Of a DNA stretch of 64,000 bases, positions 50,263 to 60,139 are shown piece after piece. This DNA comes from a virus, in the IMG/VR virus record IMGVR_UViG_3300031834_000002, positions 1 through 64,000 of that record; one strand, 5' to 3'. The position numbers and the translations under genes are program-made. A model generated the notes under the pieces. The model worked only from the letters and a program-made list of their open reading frames with translations, searched no databases and was not told the DNA's origin. The stretch's first letter is position 1. Each line of letters starts with the position of its first letter.

Positions 50263-50967
50263 ATGGAAAATAAATCCAATCAATTAATAATTTTAGGAGG
50301 TGGTTCAAGTATTTCAGAAGGTTTATCTTTTGGGCTTTGGGATAAACTAAAAGGGCATTTTGTTATCGGAACTAATTACAGCTACAAATTCTACGAAGCA
50401 ACCTTACAAACATATGTAGATAGCACCTTCTACACTCAAAATTTCGAAGATATAAAAAAATTGCCCTTGATAATAGGACAAGGACGACATATAGATATGA
50501 AAAATAGACCAGAAAATTCTTTTGTTATTTCTACAAATCATATATATAATAGAGATTTAAAAGATGGAGTTTATAGTGCAATGCTTGTAGGGTTATACTC
50601 TCTTTCTTTAGGTATTTATTTATTAGATTTTGGAGAAATTTATTTATTAGGTTTTGACTATGGTAATATAGATAATAAAGTCGATGACAAAAAAAGAAAA
50701 ATTACTCATTTTTATCAAAGTCAAATCAATCATCGTGGTATTGGAAAAACAAGTTGGTATGATGCAAAAAATCGTGCAGACAAGGATTTTGGAGTTTATT
50801 CTTCCGAAAAACAATGTAAAATTTATAATGTTTCTCCATTATCAAAAATAAATATCTTTGAAAAAATTTCATATGAACAATTCTTTATGAAATTAGATAA
50901 TAAAACTTTTGACCAAAATGAATTGAGGAATTATGTTAAGGAACAACTTAAAAACAAAATTAAGTAA
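50263..50967 (+). CDS. Maf/DUF115/sialyltransferase-like fold protein
   Basis: IILGGG.S, VIG.N, IYLLGFD, HFY, IYN.S..S.I..F. Confidence 0.65.
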   Translation: MENKSNQLIILGGGSSISEGLSFGLWDKLKGHFVIGTNYSYKFYEATLQTYVDSTFYTQNFEDIKKLPLIIGQGRHIDMKNRPENSFVISTNHIYNRDLKDGVYSAMLVGLYSLSLGIYLLDFGEIYLLGFDYGNIDNKVDDKKRKITHFYQSQINHRGIGKTSWYDAKNRADKDFGVYSSEKQCKIYNVSPLSKINIFEKISYEQFFMKLDNKTFDQNELRNYVKEQLKNKIK

Positions 50968-51469
50968 TCTTATTTTCGGAGGGATAATTGGAGGCATTTT
51001 AGGTGCGTTGGGAGGAACAGATAATTCATCTAAAATCTTTCGTAGAATTTCTTTACCTCTATTTCTTGCTGGAACTGCATGGAATCATTTACACCATTGG
51101 TATATATTTAGTATATTATTGCTAATTCCTATTTTTAGTATAGGATATGGAATCCCTTCAAAAGATGATAAAGGCAGTTGGTTAGGTAGGTCTTTTTATG
51201 CCTTATTTGGTCATAATATGCCATTAGCGAACATATTTACAAGGGGAACGATAGGATGTCTTATTTCCCTTGTTTTAGCCCCCATAGCATTATTAAAGGG
51301 CGATTTAGTGGTATATTTGATAGGTTGTCTCGTTATTATAGTAGTTTTTGCGACATTATCTTGGAAAGACTTAGGAGGATTTGAATTTCAAGGAAAAAGG
51401 CTACTTTGGAGCGAATTTACCCCTTATTTCGTAGTATCTATTATTATATTACTTTTAATCTATTTTTAA
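50933..51469 (+). CDS. multi-pass membrane protein
   Basis: 5-6 hydrophobic helices, GYG motif; last + strand gene. Confidence 0.7.
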   Translation: MLRNNLKTKLSNLIFGGIIGGILGALGGTDNSSKIFRRISLPLFLAGTAWNHLHHWYIFSILLLIPIFSIGYGIPSKDDKGSWLGRSFYALFGHNMPLANIFTRGTIGCLISLVLAPIALLKGDLVVYLIGCLVIIVVFATLSWKDLGGFEFQGKRLLWSEFTPYFVVSIIILLLIYF

Positions 51470-51475
51470 ATAATA

Positions 51476-53062
51476 TTAATCATTTGTAAAATTGACTATA
51501 ACTGATTCTAAATCGCTCTCCATATACGAAAAAATATGTTCGAATACTGTTAGCGAACAATAAGAACGTAAATTTATACCAGACAAAACAAATCCTTTAG
51601 AACCAAGTTCTCCATTATAATATTTAATTGCATCTGGAAATGCTATCATTAAATCATCGTAACAATTTCTTAATAAATTAATTTTTGACATTGAGTTATA
51701 ATCGAAAGGTTGTGACCAAGCGCTAATAACTGAAAATCTTATAAAACCTCCTCCATCAATATAACCTAATGGGGTATCATATCTAATTCTTACTTCTATA
51801 GAAGGGTCGTCAAGAGAACTATAAATAGTATCTATACAATGAAAAGTATCGCCAAGAAAAAGATTACTATCTACATGAAAAGCATTTTCAGAAGTTACTG
51901 CAAATAAACGGAGTTGCGATTTGGTATTAATTTTCAATAAAGGGGTAATTAATGTTGTCGGATACCCTTTTGTATATATTTGCATTTCTTCATAATAAGT
52001 TCCTATATCATCAGTTTCTATATGAGTAGTTCCTAATAAAATTCCATGTAAACGTTTTACATTACTATAAGAAGTCCATTTAGAAGGAATTATTGACCCT
52101 ATTATGCTGGTTATCCAAAAATGTTCTGTTGATTGTCCAATTTGACCTTGAATAATTGGAGTATTAAAATCAATAATACCTTGTTTATCAATCAAAATAT
52201 CTTTTTGTGATTGGTCTATCCAAAATATAGATTGACACCATGAAGTTATCATCATTAAAAATTTTCTTAAATCTTCTATATGCATATCTTTAATTTGATA
52301 TTTTCCATTTTCAGCAGTTAAACCTAAATCTATCCAATCCATTTGATGTAGAATTTTTCTTTCTATGCCTTCTTCGTCATAATTAAAATAATCTTCTTTT
52401 GTTTGTCCTGTGATTTCTAATATTTTTTCTGTAGATTCTCGTAATTCTGCTATATGTTTTTTATTTATAATCCAATAACCATATTCGTCAGATTGCACTT
52501 TTGAAAATTCTGTTCTATCGACTTCTATAATACCGCTATCTATTTCTTGTTGTATGCGAATATCCTGTAATTCTTTTATATGAATAGCTTTAATCCTTAA
52601 AAATCCTTTATAATAAGTTTGTAAAGTATTCTCAAATTGATTAGTATATATATTCAATTTTTTATTTATACCACTTTTTGTTAAAATAGAATCATCTTGC
52701 CATGTTCCTAATTTACTGAAGCATTTAGGGCAACGGTCGATATAAAGAATTTCTTCTTGTGGCGGAGGATTAGCTACCACAGGTATCAGAGTTTGAGTTT
52801 CTTCTGCAATCATACTGATAATTTCCTCGTTGACTCCTACATAAGTTCTATCGATATATCGAATACAACTTTTTATTTTTTCTTCAGTTTGGGTAATATT
52901 AACCGCAATAGTGGTTATTATGGGTTCTTCTTCTTCTTTAGTATATATTATCTTCTCAGTTGAAATATTTATTGCAGTAGTAGATATTGCTTTAGTTAAA
53001 TCTACAATTGGTAAAGGAATAGGGACAGGCATTGGAAAATTAGGGAGAGGTATTAAAGGCAT
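51476..53062 (-). CDS. tail-associated/fibre protein
   Basis: three I...HI.EL(R/Q)-type repeats; true start probably ATG 53062 after GGAGG. Confidence 0.6.
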   Translation of the reverse strand: MPLIPLPNFPMPVPIPLPIVDLTKAISTTAINISTEKIIYTKEEEEPIITTIAVNITQTEEKIKSCIRYIDRTYVGVNEEIISMIAEETQTLIPVVANPPPQEEILYIDRCPKCFSKLGTWQDDSILTKSGINKKLNIYTNQFENTLQTYYKGFLRIKAIHIKELQDIRIQQEIDSGIIEVDRTEFSKVQSDEYGYWIINKKHIAELRESTEKILEITGQTKEDYFNYDEEGIERKILHQMDWIDLGLTAENGKYQIKDMHIEDLRKFLMMITSWCQSIFWIDQSQKDILIDKQGIIDFNTPIIQGQIGQSTEHFWITSIIGSIIPSKWTSYSNVKRLHGILLGTTHIETDDIGTYYEEMQIYTKGYPTTLITPLLKINTKSQLRLFAVTSENAFHVDSNLFLGDTFHCIDTIYSSLDDPSIEVRIRYDTPLGYIDGGGFIRFSVISAWSQPFDYNSMSKINLLRNCYDDLMIAFPDAIKYYNGELGSKGFVLSGINLRSYCSLTVFEHIFSYMESDLESVIVNFTND

Positions 53063-53567
53063 GTAAATTTCCTCCTTCTGTTCCTGCATATAAAATATTA
53101 TTATTTACTAACATACAATTAATTTGTTCTCCTAAATTTAAAACTTCAGTAAAAATAATTTCATTCCATTCGTATATTTTACCACTTAAAGAACTGACAT
53201 AAATTTTATTATCAAAAGTAATCATGTCAGTGGGTCGTTCTGGAATAAAAGATTTATAAACATTTGAAATTTTATCATATTCATATAATTTGCCATTGTA
53301 ATCAATAGAAAATAAATTTATATTTACTGTTAAAGCCACAACTTTATCTGTTATATTACAAATAGAAATTAAAGAATCATTTAAAAATTTATAAATCAAA
53401 CCTGCATTATCACTAACATAAAGGTCAGAATCATAAATTGCATTATCTGTAATTTCTGTTCCATTTGTAGCACCAACAAAAATTAAGTTATCTACATCAT
53501 CGAACATATACATTCTTCCTGTTGAAGAAAATCCATATAATTTGTTATTAAATGTAATTAATTTCAT
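53040..53567 (-). CDS. beta-propeller-like structural protein
   Basis: repeated FNNKLY....G.IY blades. Confidence 0.6.
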   Translation of the reverse strand: MKLITFNNKLYGFSSTGRMYMFDDVDNLIFVGATNGTEITDNAIYDSDLYVSDNAGLIYKFLNDSLISICNITDKVVALTVNINLFSIDYNGKLYEYDKISNVYKSFIPERPTDMITFDNKIYVSSLSGKIYEWNEIIFTEVLNLGEQINCMLVNNNILYAGTEGGNLHAFNTSP

Positions 53568-53576
53568 ATTTTCCTT

Positions 53577-54263
53577 TTATTCGCTATAAACTGCAAAAAA
53601 TCTCCAAACTTGTGAACTTTTATCCCATATGATATTTGTTTTAGAATTACTTTCATTTTGTAAAAGACTTCTTTTTTCCTGTCCTTTACTATCAAGTGCT
53701 ATATTACCATCTTCATCTCTTTCTACAAAATAACATTTTTTAATATCTATTTCGTATGCAGTAGTTCCCCATTTTTGTGTATCTGCATTAAATATTAAGT
53801 CTAATAATCCTATTTTTTCTACATTCTCTTGCTTAGAATTTTGCATTTTTTTAATTTTCGGATAAGTTTTCCAAAGAGATTGACAATCTTTATTAAAAGT
53901 TATATTTTCTTCCCAATCTATATCATATTCTATAATTTCTAAAGTATTTATATCCAATGCTCCTCCAGAAAAACGAGAATGAGAATGACGATTATAACCT
54001 TTAGTAGAGTCAGATGGTTTTGTTCCATAAGGAGGAAAGGTTAATTCTACATCATTCCATATAATCGAACCAGCTAAAGCTTGTGATAGTCCTGTAGAAA
54101 TATCAATTGCCCTTTGTTGACTATGGTCTTTAATACCTCCTGATTTTGAATATGGAGTAATTGCTTTTTCTTCTACGTTATTTGAAATATCTTCTAATTT
54201 AGATGTTAAAAGTTTTATTTCTTGTTCTAATTCTTCTATTCTTCCATTTAAAGTTTGTTCCAT
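53577..54263 (-). CDS. virion structural protein, unknown
   Basis: 228 aa within the tail operon. Confidence 0.6.
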   Translation of the reverse strand: MEQTLNGRIEELEQEIKLLTSKLEDISNNVEEKAITPYSKSGGIKDHSQQRAIDISTGLSQALAGSIIWNDVELTFPPYGTKPSDSTKGYNRHSHSRFSGGALDINTLEIIEYDIDWEENITFNKDCQSLWKTYPKIKKMQNSKQENVEKIGLLDLIFNADTQKWGTTAYEIDIKKCYFVERDEDGNIALDSKGQEKRSLLQNESNSKTNIIWDKSSQVWRFFAVYSE

Positions 54264-54265
54264 AC

Positions 54266-57200
54266 TTATTCTCCTCTCGAAGGAATACTAACAGACCGAG
54301 AATAATATCTTTTATTTTGCAATTGAATAGATACTGTAAACGATGAAATATTAATATTAATACTTTCTATATTTAAAGGATTATTCAAAATATTATTTAT
54401 CATAATTCTTTTAGAAAGGTCTATTCCATAATAACACAGAGCATCTAAAGTAATTTCTATATTTCCATTTATTTTTTCATCGCAATCTTTACTTAATTGC
54501 CAATCAGTATAATCTTTTGCAAAATTAGTATCGTTCCATGAAGGAATTATTTCTTTAACAGTTAAAAGAGCAGAATGTTCTGCATTTGTAATATATACCC
54601 ATTGAGGATTTTGGACTGTCCATTTATACCATTTATTTGCCTCAAATTTGAATTTTAATTTAATAGGTATATCTGGATTAGGTATTTGTCTAATAGCACC
54701 TACTTGTATAGATAAATTAGTTAAATTTAAATCTTTTATAATAGTTTTAGAATAATCTCCTATTTTATCAGTAAAAAACATCAATGGATTAGATATATCT
54801 GTTTCAGGGTTTTCAGTAGGAGTATTTGTATAAGAATAATATTGCTTTTTGAATAATTCTAATTCGATGTTAGACCTTCTCAGACCAATTTTGACACCTG
54901 TTCCATCTTCTATAAAAAAATATTGAGGTTCGTTAAATATAAGAAGTCGATGTTCGTAATCTATAGTAAATCCATCGTTGAATTCTTCTTTTTCCCATCC
55001 ATATCTACTTTGTGCCACAGATATTTTTGGAGGTTGCCAATCGCTATATGATTCTAAACTTCTATCTAATTCAGGTATACTATATTTTTTAAATACATCT
55101 TTATATAATTCGTTATCTTCTGTTTTATGATGGTCAAATCCATATCCTGTTGATGAATTTTTTGATAAAACTTCATAACGAGAATCCCATGCTGGAACAG
55201 CATAACACCAAAAATATCTATGATTATAACCTGAAAATTGTTTAGTTCCTCCTTGTGAATTAAATCTACGAATTACTTTTTCTCCCATTTGAACTCTATA
55301 TTTATTAACAATATTTTCGACATCATTTCTTATAGTATGATTTAATATTTGATATAATTTTAAATTTTCTCCAAATTCTTGAACTTCTAAATTGATAATA
55401 TCTCCATTTCCATCGATTTTAAGTTTTGGTGTTTCTGTTATATCATAATACCAAGAAAAATTTCCTGATTGTTCTGTTAAATTTGTAATTGCATCTGATT
55501 TTCCAGACCCAAAAATATCTATAGTCTGTGGAATAAAATTGCCAATATTAAAATTAATTCCGCATACTGCAAGACCTTCTTTAATAGTATTATAGTATAA
55601 TTCTGTTTCGTCTTTTGGTTTATGTCCTACATGAAAATAAACATTCTCTTGATTATCTTTCCAATATTTATCCTGACAATTAATCTTAATATGTTCTGGA
55701 TTATCAGTAGGATTTATTTGAGTTATATATCCTTTATATAATGTCCATATATGATATTTAATTTCTACTTCGGATTCCATATCTGGTTTAGTAGAATCAT
55801 AAGGTCTTGCTAATTCAAATACAGCAGTATGAGCACTATTTAATCCTTTAGAAATAGTAATACTGTCTATATTAGCATCTGCTTGTTCTATAGAATCTAT
55901 ATAAACTTTTATATAAGATTTTCCTAAAGATTGCACTCCAGCATTTTCTACAGTAGGAGGAGGAGTTTGTGGAGGAATAATTGGAGGAGTCGTAGTATAA
56001 ATACCAAAACTTATATAATTACTTATGCCTATATTATTAGTAACTGTTACATTGTATCTTCCATTAGCAAGACTGGGAACTAAACAAGTAATAGAGATAT
56101 TAGTCCAATTTGTTATCACAGCAATAGTTGTATCAAATTTTACCAAACCTTGAATTGCTCCAAAATTAGTTCCTGTAATAATTCTACTATCTCCTATTTG
56201 ACCTATTGTAGAAGATAAACTGGTAATATGAGGAGAAGGAATTTGAAAAGATTTTCTTGTTCTTATATCATTTTTTAAATTATAGATTTCTTGACGTTTA
56301 GTATTGATTTTATTAGTTAAATTTTTAATAATAACAGAACTTACAATTGAAATAAGATTACTGAGATTATTTAAAACTTGTCTACAAAATACAAATTTAT
56401 TTTCTATATTTCCAAATTGTTGTTTACACATCCTAAAATCATTAATTAAATCTCTTGTTTCTTGTAATTCAAATTGTATAGTATCAGATAAAGATAAAGT
56501 ATCTGAAAGTTCTTGTTTTTCTAAAGATACATCTAATTCTATATTGTCTGAAAGAGATAAAGAATCTATATCTATAAATTCTTTTAAATTAAAGTCGTCA
56601 GTTAATGAAATTTCATCATCTAATATTGCTTTTTCTAATGATAAATTAACAAGGATATTATCTGATAAAGATAAAGTATCGCTTTTAATGACATCAGTTC
56701 CTAAATCTACAAAACTATATCTCGTATCATAAGGCGAACCTATTTCATCTTGATGTAAAGTTCTAAGTATTCCATCTGTCGATATATTAAGACAACTTAT
56801 CCTATTAAGAGATATTCCAGTATCGAGAATAGTTCCTAAAGCATCCCATGTTTCTCCAACTCGTTTAATATAATATGCAGTATTAGTTTCATTGGCATAA
56901 ATAACTATTACTATATTATTCGCTAAAATTCCAATATCCAAACGAGTAGAAGGCTTAATATTAGCAGTTATTATTGTAGTTTTTACGACATCCCAAGACG
57001 AAATATATCTTTTATATACAATAGAAGAACTATTATATCTCCACGCTAAATGAATATAATTATTAATATCTACTGCAACTACTGGATAGCGAGCTTGATT
57101 TGCTAAAACATTGGTTTCTACAATTACATTACTCCAAGAAGTTGTATATATTAATTCTTTTACTTCGGTATAATATAAATAACTGCATGTAAATACATGC

Positions 57201-57730
57201 AAAGTCTCTCCAATTACACAAGCATCGATATGGGAAGAAAGTTGACTCGGATTTATTGTAGTCCAATTTACGCCATCATTATCAGAATAAGAAACATTAA
57301 GATTATTAGTGCCATTTACAGAACAAGCGAATAATCTTCCAGAAATAGTTTTTCTAATGACTGAACAATCGAAAATACTATTTAAACTATTCCATACTAT
57401 ACATTCAACTCCAATAGACCAAGTTCCTACAGAATAAGTTAATTTTATTACAGACCCACGACTGTTAATATTATTATAATATAATATATATATATTATTA
57501 TCGGAATCTATACAAGTATTATAAAAACGAGCACCAGTATTAACAATTTGAATAGCACTTCCCCACGTTACTCCATCATCTATTGAGACCTGATAACATA
57601 AATTAGTAGGAGATATTGTGCCTAAATTAACTATTGCTACTAATTTTCCGTCAGTCGTGCGGAGAATTCGCTGAGCATTAGATGCTAAATAAGTATTGTT
57701 ATTTGTAGTAGTTCCTAATAAAACACTCAT
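54266..57730 (-). CDS. large tail/baseplate protein (BNR propeller, D.LSLSD repeats, IPT/TIG domain, hub-like C-terminus)
   Basis: S.DDG.TW Asp-boxes, P.ITSLS...G....ITGTNFG...W....I...VP, late-control-D-like region. Confidence 0.75.
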   Translation of the reverse strand: MSVLLGTTTNNNTYLASNAQRILRTTDGKLVAIVNLGTISPTNLCYQVSIDDGVTWGSAIQIVNTGARFYNTCIDSDNNIYILYYNNINSRGSVIKLTYSVGTWSIGVECIVWNSLNSIFDCSVIRKTISGRLFACSVNGTNNLNVSYSDNDGVNWTTINPSQLSSHIDACVIGETLHVFTCSYLYYTEVKELIYTTSWSNVIVETNVLANQARYPVVAVDINNYIHLAWRYNSSSIVYKRYISSWDVVKTTIITANIKPSTRLDIGILANNIVIVIYANETNTAYYIKRVGETWDALGTILDTGISLNRISCLNISTDGILRTLHQDEIGSPYDTRYSFVDLGTDVIKSDTLSLSDNILVNLSLEKAILDDEISLTDDFNLKEFIDIDSLSLSDNIELDVSLEKQELSDTLSLSDTIQFELQETRDLINDFRMCKQQFGNIENKFVFCRQVLNNLSNLISIVSSVIIKNLTNKINTKRQEIYNLKNDIRTRKSFQIPSPHITSLSSTIGQIGDSRIITGTNFGAIQGLVKFDTTIAVITNWTNISITCLVPSLANGRYNVTVTNNIGISNYISFGIYTTTPPIIPPQTPPPTVENAGVQSLGKSYIKVYIDSIEQADANIDSITISKGLNSAHTAVFELARPYDSTKPDMESEVEIKYHIWTLYKGYITQINPTDNPEHIKINCQDKYWKDNQENVYFHVGHKPKDETELYYNTIKEGLAVCGINFNIGNFIPQTIDIFGSGKSDAITNLTEQSGNFSWYYDITETPKLKIDGNGDIINLEVQEFGENLKLYQILNHTIRNDVENIVNKYRVQMGEKVIRRFNSQGGTKQFSGYNHRYFWCYAVPAWDSRYEVLSKNSSTGYGFDHHKTEDNELYKDVFKKYSIPELDRSLESYSDWQPPKISVAQSRYGWEKEEFNDGFTIDYEHRLLIFNEPQYFFIEDGTGVKIGLRRSNIELELFKKQYYSYTNTPTENPETDISNPLMFFTDKIGDYSKTIIKDLNLTNLSIQVGAIRQIPNPDIPIKLKFKFEANKWYKWTVQNPQWVYITNAEHSALLTVKEIIPSWNDTNFAKDYTDWQLSKDCDEKINGNIEITLDALCYYGIDLSKRIMINNILNNPLNIESININISSFTVSIQLQNKRYYSRSVSIPSRGE

Positions 57731-57771
57731 TATTATATTACTCCTTACTAAAAATTATATATTTTCTACAA

Positions 57772-58452
57772 TTAACTAACAGTTATAGTAATCTTATGTA
57801 TCAATTTATCTATATCTTTTAATTCATGTTCCCAAATAATTAAAGTTTTATAGCCATATTTTTTATAGGTATTTAATCTGCGTTTGTTTCTTTCTCCGAA
57901 TTTTGAAGGACGATGCCAATAATCTCCATAAAGTTCTATAATCTTTTTTTGTCCATTAATATTTATAAAATCTGGACAAAATTCTCCAATTATCATTTTT
58001 CCATTACCGACAAATTTATATTCATTTGGAAATACTTTTTGCAGTATTTTATTTAATAATTTTTCTGATTTATTTGGACTTTGACGATTGCCTTTTAATC
58101 GTTTTCCAAGAGTTTCTATAGAAGAACAAATCAAACATCTTTTGCTTCTATAATCAATTAATTGTTTTCCACAATCTACACATTTAGGCAGTTTTGATAA
58201 TTTGCCATAAGAATGATGATTTTTTCCACATCTAAATTTACCAGCACAAGAACGACAATTACCCTTTCCATATTTCCAACTTCTATAACTTATTTCATTA
58301 TCACATTCTTTACAATAATGAATTTTTCCTGTTTCTCCTCCAGTTGCCATTGCATCTAAATATTTAACTCTACATTTCCAACACCTTTTAGGAGGATTTA
58401 ATTTACCTCTATTTTGTAAAAGTATATTACAATCTATACAATAATTTTTCAA
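57772..58452 (-). CDS. Vsr/DUF559-like homing endonuclease with CxxC modules
   Basis: PDF....KIIELYGDYWH...GY..LIIWE.EL. Confidence 0.8.
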   Translation of the reverse strand: MKNYCIDCNILLQNRGKLNPPKRCWKCRVKYLDAMATGGETGKIHYCKECDNEISYRSWKYGKGNCRSCAGKFRCGKNHHSYGKLSKLPKCVDCGKQLIDYRSKRCLICSSIETLGKRLKGNRQSPNKSEKLLNKILQKVFPNEYKFVGNGKMIIGEFCPDFININGQKKIIELYGDYWHRPSKFGERNKRRLNTYKKYGYKTLIIWEHELKDIDKLIHKITITVS

Positions 58453-58473
58453 TTTTTATTCCTATTTCGTTAA

Positions 58474-58917
58474 TTATGTTATTTGAATCGTAATTTTTAC
58501 ATAGAGGTCGGTATCGATGTCAACATTTTTAGCTGTAAATGTAAATCTGTCTAACATATCTCCACCAGCAGAAGTATCATTAAATACACCAGCTTCAGTA
58601 ATTGCATAAGATTCAGCAGTGCCGAAATCAAATGTTTTTTCAAATATTGCTTTTCCTGTTGCTTCATAAGTAAGAGTAGCTAATGCTCTTTTTGATTCAC
58701 TAACTAATGCTTCTTGTCCTATTGCTGGAACCGTTACACCTTCTCCTACAGCAATAGTATTAAAATAATTAAGACTAACTCCATTTAAAAGTTTAGCAAC
58801 TTCTACTAAACCCATTGTAACTATCAGATTATCACATTCCCAACTATCAATCTTTGTTCCATCTTTTTTTCTTCTTTCGAAATATCCATGTCCTTTTAAC
58901 TTTAATTTTGATTCCAT
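58474..58917 (-). CDS. tail fibre/baseplate attachment-like protein
   Basis: NLIV..G, IAVGEG, ITEAGVFN...GG.ML.R. Confidence 0.7.
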   Translation of the reverse strand: MESKLKLKGHGYFERRKKDGTKIDSWECDNLIVTMGLVEVAKLLNGVSLNYFNTIAVGEGVTVPAIGQEALVSESKRALATLTYEATGKAIFEKTFDFGTAESYAITEAGVFNDTSAGGDMLDRFTFTAKNVDIDTDLYVKITIQIT

Positions 58918-58994
58918 TTTTTAGTTCCTCCTATTTTTGATAATATATTCTCGATATAAATATTTTTTAGTTAAAATATTAGAGTATTTGGATT

Positions 58995-59363
58995 TCATCG
59001 CCACCCCAAAGAATTAAGAGATTTTATAAAGGTGTCATTTATATTATATTCTATTCTCTCTATATTACTATTTTTTAAATTAATTTTATAACAAACAACT
59101 TTATCATTTTTAGACCCCATAACATAAGCATATTCTAAATTAACTTTTCCATTATTTTTACCATTCAAATCATTAGTGCCTTCAATAAAATGATAGTATT
59201 TATCATACATATCTAAACATAAATGGTTTCCATCAGGAAGAGTATAGAATAATCTTTTAATCTTTTTATCTGGAATTTCTGTCCATTTTGTTTTATAATA
59301 ATCTCCTCCTGTGTAGATACTTTCGTCCTCAAGAACTGCTACAAAAAGAGGTTTAATATTCAT
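58995..59363 (-). CDS. hypothetical protein
   Basis: 122 aa, AGGAG RBS. Confidence 0.65.
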   Translation of the reverse strand: MNIKPLFVAVLEDESIYTGGDYYKTKWTEIPDKKIKRLFYTLPDGNHLCLDMYDKYYHFIEGTNDLNGKNNGKVNLEYAYVMGSKNDKVVCYKINLKNSNIERIEYNINDTFIKSLNSLGWR

Positions 59364-60127
59364 GAGATTACTCCTATCTTTTGTAAATCTTTCTCGAAAA
59401 GAACTTTAAAATTTACCTCGGAATATATTTTTCTAAATAAATTTATTTTGTTCTTAGCAATTGTAGTTAAATAACCTTTTATTTCTATATATTCTTTAGT
59501 TTTAGGTAAGTAAAAGTCAGGTGTATAAGTAGTATCTACTAAATCAAAAGTTTTAGATTCATATAACCATTTTATTTTTTCTCTGTCTAAATATTTAGCA
59601 TATTTTACTTCCCAATAACTTCTAAACCAAATATTATTATATTGCACAAATTTTGGTTTCATTGGTTTTCCGAAATTAGGATTATTCTTACCTGACATTA
59701 ATATACTCATTTTTTGTTTTGTTTCTTTTGTGCGAAGTTTATCTGTCATATTTATTCTATTGGCACATGATTTACAATGACCAATTCCATCTTTCCATGT
59801 CTTATATTCAATCCGTTTATCACAAATAGAACAATAATGATTGATTAAAGTTCTTCCATCTATAAAATTCAGAGCATTTTCTCCTGTTCTGTTTTTATTT
59901 GCAACACTTACTGCTGAATTTTTTCTACCTTTCATTATTTTACTGTGTTCTGGTCTTTTTTTACCTCTCCAGCAAGCAGTATCTCTTCGAGGAATATTAT
60001 ATTCTTTCAATCGATTATAAATAGTCATAGTAGTTGTATTTAATTCTATAGCAATTTCTTTCATTGATTTCTTTTTATTTATATATTCCTCGTAAAGAAA
60101 GTCAAATAAAATATTTAATTTTTTCAT
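59360..60127 (-). CDS. PD-(D/E)xK homing endonuclease with HTH and NUMOD3 modules
   Basis: FRS.WE..YA..LD...W.YE, YTPDF, IEIKG. Confidence 0.8.
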   Translation of the reverse strand: MKKLNILFDFLYEEYINKKKSMKEIAIELNTTTMTIYNRLKEYNIPRRDTACWRGKKRPEHSKIMKGRKNSAVSVANKNRTGENALNFIDGRTLINHYCSICDKRIEYKTWKDGIGHCKSCANRINMTDKLRTKETKQKMSILMSGKNNPNFGKPMKPKFVQYNNIWFRSYWEVKYAKYLDREKIKWLYESKTFDLVDTTYTPDFYLPKTKEYIEIKGYLTTIAKNKINLFRKIYSEVNFKVLFEKDLQKIGVIS

Positions 60128-60139
60128 ATTTTTCCTAAG

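Noticed and set aside
43418-51469. Glycan cluster as host-chromosome contamination or prophage flank
   Set aside because: Same composition and apparent site avoidance as the rest, gene overlap with an upstream phage ORF, a phage-type intein, and only 6 bp between it and the tail operon.
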